From NCBI GenBank assembly GCA_001662655.1, contig KV460211.1: a stretch of DNA of 64,000 bases; one strand, 5' to 3'. The translations under genes and the position numbers were made by a program. Under the pieces are notes generated by a model. The model searched no databases. It saw only the letters and a program-made list of their open reading frames with translations, and was not told where the DNA came from. This stretch comes from Pseudogymnoascus verrucosus. Taxonomy: Eukaryota. This document shows, piece after piece, positions 51,082-63,085 of the stretch (its first letter is position 1; every line of letters begins with the position of its first letter).

Positions 51082-53335
51082 TTAATGATGAAAATCATCC
51101 AGTAGCCAAGAGCCAAGTGGATCTGCCGACCCCCAGAAGCTTTCTAGTTGCTGGTATTCATACCCTCCGTCGGCAAACATGGGAAATGCAGAGGGCGACG
51201 CCTCAAATAAATTTTCGGAGGTTTCCCCCAGCATCCCTATCGCTGGCAGCTGTCCTGCCTGTATCCCAAGCTGCTCGCGCTGTTGGAGGCTTGACACAAC
51301 CGGCCCCATATCAGCAGTCGCAAATTGGTCTCCTCCAACATTCTCTGCCCCATAATCTGGGATCGTTGTATTCGTGTCACACAGATGCCCCATGTTGCAG
51401 CGACTTGCATCGAAGTCGCTAAAAAGCAAGAGAGAGTTTGTCGGAATGCATGCCGGAGGCTCACTATACAGTGGCAATCGTAAGACAGCTTTTCTAGCCT
51501 CGGGGAGAGCTCGTAGGGCCCCGTTCGCTGACCCCCACCTCTTAGAGAGTAGCTCAAGCGACATCCGGATGGTCTTGAAGTTTTCCTCTGCTGCATTACC
51601 TAGTGACCTGTATCTGTATCCGGAAAGCTGTGAGAGTCCAGCGGCAAGAGCATAAAATGCAAATACTGGTCCAAGATGGCGAATTTCATCCCTTGCAATA
51701 AACTCCTCGTATATGCTCGCAACAAACGATGAAGCAACAAGAGACACTGTGGATGGGACGCTTCCGGCAACAGGCCCGCGATTGAGGATAACTAAGATGA
51801 CGAAGTATGGCACAAGGATTTGTCGTGCCTCAAAATTATATGAGCTCGGGTCTTTTCGGCCTTTGTGGAGTACGTGAAATTCTGAGGGAAGCTCTTTGAC
51901 CCATCGATACAACGCGTTTTCGAGATCCTGTCGGCGTGATGGCGTGAGGCGTTTTCGCCGATAGCACTGCGCCACATCTCCGAGTAGTTGACAAATCGAG
52001 ACAAAAGCAACAAATAACCGGGCTTTGGAGTCTTGTACGGGGAAATCCTCGACGGAGGGGAGGCGGACATCACTGTCTTCTAGATTAATAGTTCGAGGTC
52101 GCCCCACACCAACAGATATGATATTATCTCGGCACTATAAAAGAGTTTCAGAATTCAGCCTGTATAATTGGGAAAGCAGGTAAACTTACCACAAGACTCC
52201 ACCATAGTCTTCGCCTGCCCATCTGATCTTTTTTGTTCGCCGCGGACGGCTCCCGGTGTAGTCCAACTTGGTATGCCATCCCAACTGCAATGCGCACCCA
52301 GAACCCGCTCGTATCAGTCGATATCTCCTCTGGCCCTGTTGGATTCCACCACTGAAGCAGGCAAAGAGACATGATCGAGAACATTATATTCTTCTCGTAG
52401 CCAGAAAAGAACAGTGCCCGAGCCCTCCGATAGAACTCCTGGGACGATGCATACACAAGGGTATTAGATGTTACCCGGCTGCCTGCGAGTAATACTGCCT
52501 GTAGTAGTAAGAGTGAAGGTTGAGAGCCATCTGTCTCTTCCAGCCAACTGCGCTCGATGATAGGTGTCCATGGCGAGCATAACTCCATATACTTATCAAT
52601 GAGGCCTTCTCGAGTGGCCCGTGGAGGAAGATCAAACGCTTTCTGTAGATGTAGTATTTGAAGGTCAACTTCCGATAGCCCAATATTTCTAGCTGGATTG
52701 GCTTCTATTGCCATACTTTCATTGAATGGTATATTACCTCCGAGGTATTCGCTACGACCAACGTAGCTTTCCCCACTGGGAGTCGGACGTGCATTATCTA
52801 TTTCTTGAGGCGGTTGACCTGAAATGATCGTATGCACGCTTCTTTCTGATCGCGTTACTGGGGTGAGTACTCGAGCTGGCGTTTCTCGGGTACAGGACTG
52901 TCTCGAAACAGACGGGGTTCCAGGCCTCCACGTATCATTTTGAGGCCCGGGATGGATATCCCCATGTCCCTGCGTCTCTAGGATAGATTGAGGAAATTCA
53001 CGCGCCTGAGAAGCCGTGGGGGGCGGCGGGGAAGGACTTATAGAATAGTGTTTGCGTTTCCGTTGGTGCGGCCTACGATTTTAACAATGGGTTGCGTAAT
53101 TTAGAGTCATCATTCTACTTACCTGCATCTAAGATCCCCTAACTCGCAGTTTGTACATGGCTGCTTCCCTGACGCAAGATCGCATTTAACCTAAGAAGCA
53201 TTAATTGCCACTCCCCGTTCCCGTCTGAGGCCATGTGCCCTGACGTTCGGTGCAGAGAGAGGTTATGGTAACGGGAGATACCTTTTTTTTATGGCATAGA
53301 ATGCAGGCGCGCGATGATCTACCCAACTGGGACAT
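51082..53335 (-). CDS. Zn(II)2Cys6 transcription factor with fungal-specific TF domain; exons 53335-53282, 53190-53123, 53072-52190, 52134-51082
   Basis: RACILCHKKK|VKCDLASGKQPCTNCELGDLRC, LLLQAVLLAGSR, GLHRE…RRRLWWSLV|CRD…GRPRTINLEDSDV. Confidence 0.88.
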
Positions 53336-53784
53336 TTTTGTTGTGGTGGTGGATGTCGGCGAATCGATACCGTCTGTGAAGCTGTGGTGTTTTGTTGATG
53401 TTTCTCCCTGCACTCGGCTATAATCCGGAGATGGGCGGCTCGTTTCGGCCACGTGCAGATCTTCCTTCGCGGGGCGTGAAATCCGGGGTATGGGGTATGG
53501 GGTATGGGGAAATCCCTAAGCCTGCTTTGGCTGGCGATAATAACTATAAAGATGTCAGATTGCTCTGTTTTCCTGGCCGGGTATCCGGTTCTATCTTTGT
53601 GGCTCTGCAGACCCTCTGCAAAAAAAAAACTGAAGATGTTGAAATTCCGAGTGAAAGCTGATGCATTGGAGCGAGAAGGGGTATATATTGGAGATTGGGG
53701 GGGTCGAAATGTCCTTAGACCTTCTAAAAACAAAGAAGGTCAATATGGTAAGTTTCTCTTGGTTATTCACAAAGATTTCAATTA

Positions 53785-55806
53785 ATGGCCATGGTAGATA
53801 CATCCGAGGATCGTATTGAGCGGCTCAATACCATGGAGCCAGATTGGGAAGCCAAAGAAGAGAGAGCTCTTGTCCGAAAATTAGACCTCCGAGTGCTATT
53901 TCCTTGCGGTAAGCATCCATTGAATATTACTTCCCTATACTTTTGCTAATTACATGGCTAGTTGTGATCTATGTGCTGGCATACCTTGATCGGTCCAATC
54001 TTGGAAATGTCAAGATTCTCCAGAAGGGAGGTCCCGACTCTCTGGAAACCAGTTTGAATCTTAAAAATGGCGACTTTAATTGGGTGGGTTATTCCTCGTT
54101 CCGTATCCTGGATAATGACTGATTGGCAGGCCGTATCCATTGCATACTTCACCGTCACCGCGATGCTGATTCCAGCCACCCTCTTGCTGAAAAAGTTATC
54201 CGCTAAGATATTTTTCCCTATTTGCATGGTTCTATGTGAGAGGCTTTCCATATCCTATTCTTAAGGATAGTTCAGCTAATCTATACCAGGGGGGGCAATC
54301 GTTATGAGTATGGGCGCCTGCAGCAATTCAGGGGGATTGTTTGCAGCTCGGTTCTTTCTCGGAGTTCCAGAAGCAGGAGTGATAACCTGCGGGATAATGT
54401 TCTTCAGTTTCTGGGTACATATTTTCAACTATGGATCTGTCATAGAAGTTTTGCTGACTCGATTAAGTATAAACCAAGTGAGCGTGCCATTCGAATAGGC
54501 ATATTTTACAGCTCGAATTCAATTGCTCAAGCAATTTCCGGATTTCTTGCAGTCGGAATTGATCATGTAAGTAAATATACTACAACAAGAAAGAAGATAA
54601 TGCTAATATTTGATAGTTAAACGGCCATGGAGGTCTGAAATCATGGCAATGGGTCTTTATAATCGAAGGCGCCATGTCAATATTCTGCGCTATACCTATA
54701 TATTTCATACTGTTAACATTTCCTGAGGATTCAACTGCTTTATCTGATAGAGGTATGTCAATTTCTGCCTCCATTATTACAAAATGACTTACTTGAGTAG
54801 AACGATACATTGCCATTAATAGATTTGGACGTGGAAGCACCCGTAAAACTGACGTTTCTTGGGATACGATGGCATTTATTAGGTACCTTTCAACCAAGAC
54901 ACGAATTTAATGTTGATTTTTGCTAAACTTATAATATAGGATTATGACTCGCCCGTCAACTTATGCTTTCTTTCTGAGTTATATATGCATTGCGATTGCG
55001 GCAGTTGCACAAGCAACCTTCCTCCCAACAATCCTTAAATCAGTGAGCTTCAGTTTCCCTGACTTTACATACACTAGCTGACCCTGACAGTTGATGAAAT
55101 TCGATACCACGAAAGCAAATATCTATACCGCCATTGTGAATATTGTGGCAGTTCCACTATATTGGACCTATCCTCTTCACTCGGACTGGACGAGAGAACG
55201 AATGTGGCATTTTATTGTTCCAGTGGCAGCTTCTGTTCCATGTTACGCGGTGTGGACTTATGCTGGTTCACACCCTAATGAGCATACCATTAGCTATATT
55301 TCTATGTACGGAATGGCCTTTCTTGGACAGCTGTTACTTGTTGCACAGCCGGTATTGCTATCGTATCGCAGCTCCACGCTATACGGTGCAGCTGAGCAAG
55401 CTGTGGGGACTTCTACAGCTGTTGCATCCCTGTCCATTGCAAGTATAATTGCCCCACAGGTACGCTTCGATTTTTATATCATTCGCAATATTGTTTCCTT
55501 CACCTACTAACAATTAGACAGATGTATCCTAATAGCGATGCGCCATACTATCTTCAGGGATTTACCGCCACTGTTTCCCTACTGGCAGCTAGCATTGTTA
55601 TCTATGCTACCATCCCGTTTTTCCTCCAACTCGAAGCAAGCCAACGCAAGAAAAAGACAGGTCATGCATTGCCATTACAGTCTTTGGAGGACTCAGAGAA
55701 CAGCCAAGTATCCGCAGCTGCAATGGCAGAGTTGCACCAGCTGAATCAACTTGGCGATGGTGAGAATTCTTTGAAACCAAAAGCTGTCCATGAGGAAACT
55801 GTTTAG
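53785..55806 (+). CDS. MFS transporter, anion:cation symporter (Dal5/Tna1-like), many short introns
   Basis: LVRKLDLRVLF, LAYLDRSNLGN, ARFFLGVPEAG, YKPSERAIRIGIF, GLKSWQWVFIIEG, SIIAPQMY…DAPYY. Exon boundaries are approximate. Confidence 0.88.
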
Positions 55807-56137
55807 GAATATTTCATTTTGATGGAACATATTAAAATGGCGATTTCCAATATAGCTGCAGCTACAGCATATTTCAACCTGTATGTCCTATTGTCAGGTG
55901 TAACGGACTCGTAACTCTCGATCCTAGGGATCTACCATAAATACATTTATTGCAACGAAATACAGGAATCTGGCTTTTTATTCACATAAAATTATTACGA
56001 CGCAAGAATTAAATGCTATGGTCACTTGGAGAAACGCTAGCGCGAGTATGCAGTTTCGTCTATGATATTAACACTCCCTCCGACGAAGGAACATGCATGT
56101 GTATATAATCAAATAAGGTTTCCATACCCTAAATATT

Positions 56138-57568
56138 TCAAGGCTCAAACTGCCAGGCGCAAACGGCCATACTCGGCTCATCATCTAACATCGCAGCACT
56201 CGCACTGGCACCATTAATCTTCCCATTAACTGTATAGACATCCATAGCACTAAGTTTTCCCCCCTGATGCCCGTTAAAGGTTGCAACGCCATCAAGAGTC
56301 CAAGTTTCAGAGCCCCGGTCATCCGCAAATGCTCTTTCTAGCTTCAACATGCTAAGTCCCGAACTAGCTTCGCCAGCGAGAACGAAGTACTCGTTTTGTA
56401 GTGGCTCTGTCTCTGGTATGTCCATCGGAACTCCAGGTCCACCATCGGGATCCACGTAGTTAGGGTCTGTGCTTGGATCGTAGTCTTGCTCGTCTTCTGT
56501 ACCAGAAATATAATCTTCATCGTCTGATTCGTGACCTTCAGGTATCAAACTCGCAGGGTCGAAAGTCTCGAGGGAATCCCTTTCCGATGGAATATAATGT
56601 TCCCTTACAAGTTTTGGTCCTATTAATTGATATGATGCCCCTGTCCCAATTGAAGTTTCGACACATGTTTTGCGGTCCTCGTCCAAGTCAAAACTTAGCA
56701 GATTTGAGATTTTGAGCTTCCCATCCCTTCCAGCTGTGATCACCACATCGCGGCTCGGTGTTGAGTTTGAAGGGATGACTGCCACCCCAGTGACTCCCCC
56801 CTCAGAATGGAAGCGTATTGGGTCTTCGGTAGTCATCTCATTAGGGTCTGTTACATCTTCAAGGAGCGTCCAGTAAGACGTAAGAAGATTTCCATCATCT
56901 CCCACACTGTAAATGCCGGAGCTTACTTCCGCAGGCTCTGAAGGTGCGGAACCAGGCTCTGGAGTCCAGGATAAATTCCAGGCTGGCGATGGCGAATGAG
57001 ATGCTAGTGTCCATAATATCTTCGGCTCATCACCTTGAAGACCATGCCCTGGGATACGGACGACATATACAGAGCCTGAATAGAGCGTGCATGCCAAAAC
57101 GCCGGGATGGAGGGGATGAAAGCGGATTGATGTGATAGCAGCTTTCTCCGAGAATGGTGTGAATGTTTTTGACGGCGTAAGACGGGGTGGAGAGCCACCA
57201 GCTGTAAACGTCCGAATCGAGCCGTCTGATGACCCAACAGCTACAGCAGTAGGCTTGCTAGGGGATACATGAAGTGCCGTGACCGCAACTGGAATATCAA
57301 TGGTTTGGGCGATATCACTACCGTCGAGATCAGCCTAGGGGGTTAACCAGGTGAATGTGGGATTTTTCACTCACATATTGTCTGTCGAAATCTGGAACAG
57401 GCGCAATGATCCGGGACTAGAATCACCCTGCGAGTAAGGCAGATCTGTATTCGCAGTTGATGTTCGAGTTCCAACGATGAAATGATCAAGAGCACTGGGA
57501 AGGTAACCAAGGCATGTTGGCACCTGGTGTGGAATCTGTGCCGATGCGCGAAGAATAAATCGAGACAT
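56138..57568 (-). CDS. WD40-like beta-propeller protein, divergent Dph7/Rrt2-like; exons 57568-57375, 57334-56138
   Basis: N-terminus PTCLGYLPSALDHFIVGT resembles the Dph7 start. Also SPAWNLSW, IYSVGDDG, VITAGRDGKLKI, AVCAWQF. 40-nt intron. Confidence 0.55.
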
Positions 57569-57742
57569 GGTAAGTAATTAATAACCCCTTACAACAAATG
57601 TGCTGGTGGAGGTTTGCTAGAAATCTTCTTCCCAGATCCTCAGGAGCTACTCAGTGCAGTAAAAGCAGCATTGGTCCTAGAACGGGAATAGGGAAGTGGA
57701 AGGCTGACAACAAGGGGCAGTTTTGGTGGGGGGTCTTGGCGT

Positions 57743-57803
57743 TAGAGCGACCATAGCTCACAGAAAATTAAGCATCCCATCCGCAGTGCCATACACAAGC
57801 TTG
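57743..57803 (+). pseudogene. 5S rRNA gene 5' half (nt 1-61), truncated, more degenerate
   Basis: …cgaccatagctcacagaaaattaagcatcccatccgcagtgccatacacaagcttg then CGTATCA. Same length as the copies at 21335 and 44779. Confidence 0.8.
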
Positions 57804-57856
57804 CGTATCATAGGCATAGCGTGGAATCGGGGCCTTTTTCCGCCTAAAGGGTGAGT
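57804..57856 (+). mobile_element. Second copy of the putative element terminus
   Basis: ataggcatagcgtggaatcggggcctttttccgcctaaagggtgag matches 21429-21474 at 39/46 nt. Confidence 0.55.
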
Positions 57857-58681
57857 ATTGATAGTCAACTCTTTATTCATTTACATAGTACTCAGTCCTT
57901 TTTAGTTGTTCTTCACACCTCTCTTTTTGTCCACTGTTCCCGAGGTTTTTTGATGTCTTGGCACTAAATACAGACCCCGCATATAGATAAGTGTGTAGGT
58001 TGGCCATTGTATCCGTCGGCCAAAAGGAGAATATAAAACGAAAATGGAAAATAATATGGAAATAATATATGCAATTATTCATGTACATGGTTTGCAAATT
58101 ACTGTTCTATGACATGAAAAATCGGAACATATATCAGTAATTCTACAGATGGGAAATCGGAATTCCGTACCACATCTAACTGGGCATAGTGCGCGGGGTT
58201 GGAGATCGATCTGTATCGGCCCTACCTAATCGCCGAAACAGCAGAACACCTTACTTAAGTACTTACCTTATACAATTGCGTGCTTCGTACATAAGAACTT
58301 TATAAGTGTAGCCACTCAATTCAATCTAACAACGTACTTGTAGATAGAGAGAGCCTCCCTCTGTAAATCAACAAAAATGAGGAGCAAAAAGGAGTCGATT
58401 GAGATAGATTCGGTGAGTATCGATCATATACTACTGAAGTAGCGATACTGTGGGTCTCACCGCTACACTGGCTTATCAATCATTCTGGTTACAAATATGT
58501 AGCTACATCGTCAGTCCATTCCTGGTGCATCTATCTCCTCGGGTTATAAAAGCGTCACTCCTCCCTTCCTGGTGTACATCTCACTCTGTTCATCTTGCTC
58601 GAAATACTCTGGCAAACTCTGACCTATATCCTCTATCCTTTTAAACAAATATTCCCAACCTTATAGTCACCTTATTCCAAT

Positions 58682-59294
58682 ATGTCTGTCTCACTTTACC
58701 AAGTCAGCGTCGCGCCCTTCATCGCCGAGTTGAAGATCGTCTCCAAGCTCCTCACAAAGGGTCTGGAGCATGTTAAGGGCGACGAGTCCGCCCTCATCGA
58801 TGCCCGCATCATTGAAGACATGCAGCCGCTTACCTACCAAGTAAGTTACCCCGCAATTGCCAGGCCAAACTTGAGAGTCAAATCAGGACTGACATCAAAA
58901 TAAGATCCAACGCATCAGTGACACAGCCAAGGGACTTGCTGTCCGCATGGGCAAGGTTGAGCCTGTCGCCATGGCCGACGAGGAGAAGACCTTCCCTGAG
59001 CTCCAGGAGCGCATCGCCAAGACCATTGCTGTCTTAGAAAGTGTTGACCCAAAATCATTCGAGGGTAGTAAGTTTGGCCATCACTTCCTACGCTTGGATA
59101 AAGATTGACGTTTTATAGTTGAGGACAAGGAGGTTATCTTAGTTACTCGCGGCGGCGAGCAAAAGTTCACTGGCCTATCTTATGTGAACACCTTCGCTAT
59201 TCCCAACTTCTACTTCCACATGTGCATGGTCTATGCCATCTTGAGGAAGGAGGGTGTACCAGTCGGCAAGATGGACTACCTCGGAAAGAACTAG
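58682..59294 (+). CDS. DUF1993 family protein; exons 58682-58840, 58905-59067, 59119-59294
   Basis: MSVSLYQVSV, ARIIEDMQPLTYQ|IQRISD, TFPELQERIAKT, AIPNFYFHMCMVYAILRKEGVPVGKMDYL. Confidence 0.9.
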
Positions 59295-59738
59295 AGCATC
59301 GCAGTGCTGAGGGTGTTATACTAGGTCTTTACGTGCTTGGATGATATTAGCTATGGCCTTACTTCCGCTGGATTGCTGAAGTTATAGATTTTGTTCTCAG
59401 CTGGCGGAAAATAAAAAATATCGTATCATTACGTTAATTCAGCTTCCACTGAAGATATCAAACTATTTTACTTCATAGCAGTCGCTTAAAGCTGTTGCAC
59501 CCGGAGATTACCGTAAAAACTACACACTACAGCCCCAATTTAACATTTCGTGTCCCATCTGCGAAGAAGAAACGCCAAAGCTTCGGTAATAAACAGCTGA
59601 GGGTGTTCAGGGATAACAATTTGGAGTCACGTCGATCCTTGTATATAGTTCCCTCGAGTAGGTAGATCTGGTTCACGGCACCAGTATTTTTATTCTCTAT
59701 GGGCGATTGGAACATCCTTGCCATCCACGTTGGTATTT

Positions 59739-60152
59739 CTACATCATCGTCGCCGCCGCCGAGACCACAAGACTCAGAATCACCAACCCCTCCCAACTAC
59801 TAGTCCTCCTTAGCATCGTCGCGCTCGAAACCGTAGTTTCGCACCCCAAGGACGCAAAAAGGTAATCAGGGCGCTTCTGTGTGTAGTTCCCCAAACACCA
59901 ATCAACCTCAAGTGCCTGCTCTAAACCTGTGGTCTTGCAGTTGGAGTAACAGATGCCGTAGAGCTCAGGATGAACCTGCGTAACGGGCGATTTACAGCAG
60001 GCCTTTAGCGCGTCCATGGTAGCCTGGCCGTTTTGGTTGGCGGCGGTATATTTGGGGCTGGTAATGTTGTGGTCATAGGGTCCCGTCGTGCCAGTGCAGG
60101 AAAAGTCATTTAGCCCGGGCAAAGAGGAATAGGGGCTGCAAGGGCTATCCAT
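59739..60152 (-). CDS. Small Cys-rich protein with hydrophobic C-terminus
   Basis: 137 aa, 8 Cys (C..C..CC..C..C..C..C), C-terminal GLVILSLVVSAAATMM. No obvious N-terminal signal peptide. Confidence 0.6.
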   Translation of the reverse strand: MDSPCSPYSSLPGLNDFSCTGTTGPYDHNITSPKYTAANQNGQATMDALKACCKSPVTQVHPELYGICYSNCKTTGLEQALEVDWCLGNYTQKRPDYLFASLGCETTVSSATMLRRTSSWEGLVILSLVVSAAATMM

Positions 60153-60656
60153 TTTTGCGGGATTAGGCGAGAGGAGTATGAGTTGTAGGTGAGGGCATGA
60201 GTTGCAGAGGAGGTATGAATTGTAGAAAAGAGATTTTTAAATGGTCTCACTGCTTAATGTATATGCGTTCACGATTGTATAGTAGAGCCAGGATGCTTCT
60301 TGGCGAAGTCCTACGACTAACATTATCCAAATCTTTTCAGGGGATAATATTATATTATCCGCCTTGATCGCTAATGTTGGCTCATAATTTGAGGTTTCAG
60401 CCTTCTTGGCAATTTATAAACTATAAATGGTGTATAGTATGTGTTATAGCGTGGGGGCTGAATTGGGGAATTTTGTAGTTTTCAGCTTTCAGTGATCCGG
60501 AAAAGAACAGAATACCCTGAAGTTACCCCTGTAAAGAATTTCTATATTCACTAGCGCAAAGTTTGACATTATCAGGCCAAGAACTAAGGGCAAAGAGGTA
60601 TGATTGAAAATATGTACATGTTTGATGGACTATGGCTTCTCGAGGGCATAAGTAGT

Positions 60657-62686
60657 CTATAATTTAGACAATTTTGCGTCAGTACGATACCCAACTGCTG
60701 CATCCTTTGGGAGATCAGTGCCCCAGACTAGCCTACAATCCCAGTTACTTCGCTCTGCCTCATCTTGAACATCGGTTGGCAGATTGCCATACACGATGTC
60801 CGAAAAGACATACTCTGCTAGCCCACCTTCTCCGTGGAGGATCCACCTCCTTGCTATCTCTGTAGCGGAAGCATCCCCATCACGCTGTGCGTCGACAGCA
60901 AGTAACGTGCCACTGACAATCCATGCCAGCGTAAACATGCTCTGCCGTCCTTCAGCCAATGCCAAGGATAACTTATTCTTCTTGGCCAGAAGCCTCTGGC
61001 GAAGCGCATTCCAGGCCGAATTGAGGACCTGCTTAAACCTGTTGTCCCGTACTGATCCAATGGCACGCTCGATCCAAGCGCCAAAAATATCCAGGTGATT
61101 TTTGTTAAGTAAATGTCGGACAACTTCGCTACTCAAGACGTTCGTTGTTCCTTCCCAGGTCATGTTGGCAGCGGTGTCTCGCAACAGACGAGAGACATTG
61201 AGTTCCGGCTCGTCGGGCTCGTCCATATATCCCACGCCTCCCATTGCTTCTTGACACTCCTGAAGGCACACAGTTGATACCTTGCAGATGACAGCCTTTG
61301 CGGTTGCAGTAAAAGTCCGCAGTACAACCTGCATCTGCTCGCCTGCATCTGGGAGTGGGGCATATGATGCTGGTAGATTCTCCGGAGTCTTGTCGTCGGC
61401 GAAGCCTAGTAGAGCGGTGGTAAAGAAGGCGAATTGTAGAAGGCCCCTATGCTTCACTTCCATTGAAGACAGTAATCTTAGATGCATTGGGAACGTTGCT
61501 AGAGGTTGGTTTATAGTTGTTCGGGTTTTCGCAAATGACTTGGCAATCGCCATTCCGCGGCGCCAGCAAGAGAGTGCGGTGATAAAGTTGTGAGTCCTAG
61601 TTACGTTCAAAAGTTGGGCAATAGTCGCGATTCCACGATCAGCAGGGCCCACACGCCATGCGCGGACATCTTTTAGTTCGAGCTCGGCCGTGGGAAGTTG
61701 CTTTGTCCCCATCTTAACTTTAAGCCTATGGATTCTCACTCCGTTCGTAACCTCTATCTCCTTGCCATTGGAGTCGAGAATGGTTTTCCGGGTTGGTGCC
61801 ACAAACAGACTCAACTGGCCCGATTCAGTTTTGGCAAGCATCAATGCAATATTGCAGTCTGTTGCCGACGAGAAGAATTTAAAACCGGAGACAAGCCAAT
61901 CGCCTTCATCGACTCTTCCACATTTCCCAGTCTTTCGAGGGAGAGGCGAGTAAACGGCAACCGTCTCCGAGTTTTGCACGTCACTGCCTCCAGGCCGTTC
62001 AGTCATCCACTGACTCGAAACCCAATGGTTCTCTCTTGCTGTAAGACGGTCGAAAATTTCGTGAAATGGGTGTTCTAATGGTAATCCAGGAAGTTGCTTA
62101 GCCATAAGACGTGCTGCACCGCTGGTCATTGAAGTTGGACAAGAATAGACCGCAGAAGAAGCTGAGTATGTATAGTTGCTAAGTAAACAATAGGTTAGAA
62201 AACGCTGATTAAATGTAAGGTGTTTATCTTACAATGCGTGTTGCACGATTCTAGAATAATGCCCATAAGTTCCCTCGTACGCCAATGACATGACTCTATT
62301 TAGTTAGATTAGAGATGTATGTAACAGTTCGGACTCTGATATTGCACGCACCCATTTCTTGCTCCCCATTTCCCAATCTCTTTCCAACCATGGCTCGTTA
62401 TCAGTCGATCGTATGGATACCGCTTTCCCCAGACGTCGTGCGTCTTCACATACGGCTGCTCTTTTTCGGCGTTGGCCACCCACTGGTGGATCTGCTCAGA
62501 TATGGCTTCTTCGCCAAACTGGCTGAGCTTAGGCCGCACTGTATTCAAAACAGACAGTGGAAGATACCACTCAAGAACACGCTGATAAGAATCATCGGAA
62601 GTATATGGGTTCTCTAACTGTGGGACAGAGAGCATGAATCCAGTATCAATAGTAGATGGGGCAGCGAGCCTAGACGGCGGAGCCAT
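60657..62686 (-). CDS. Acyl-CoA dehydrogenase, AidB-like, with PTS1 (-SKL); exons 62686-62352, 62295-62233, 62178-60657
   Basis: SCPTSMTSGAA, SQWMTERPGGSDV, GFKFFSSATD, RLKVKMGTKQLPTAELEL, EAMGGVGY, TWEGTTNVL, ends KLSKL. Confidence 0.92.
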
Positions 62687-63085
62687 AGTGATAAAAGTAA
62701 AAAGTTGGTATGCTGTGTCCTATTTCGCCAATGTTCTTTTGGACTTTGATGTTCTTGGGAATGTGAGCCTCGCCATTTTGTATTTATTGCTTTCCATACC
62801 ACTTCTCATCACCACAGGGCATTGTCGTTGTGTTGCAGATCGCCGAAAGTCGCCGACAAACTCCCCACAGTTTTACCCCGCCATCTACCCCGCGAATTTA
62901 CCCCACAGGTATCCAATTATTACCGAAATACGCCGCCGGTAATCCGTATTGGTATGTGAACCTCTAACATACTTGATCATTATACCTCCCTGTTCCGTCC
63001 GATCCAGAGACGTGTATATATTTTAAACTGAGAGTGATATTCTGCCTGCATACACTTTCATACTTTCTTGTCGTTTCCCCTCAAC

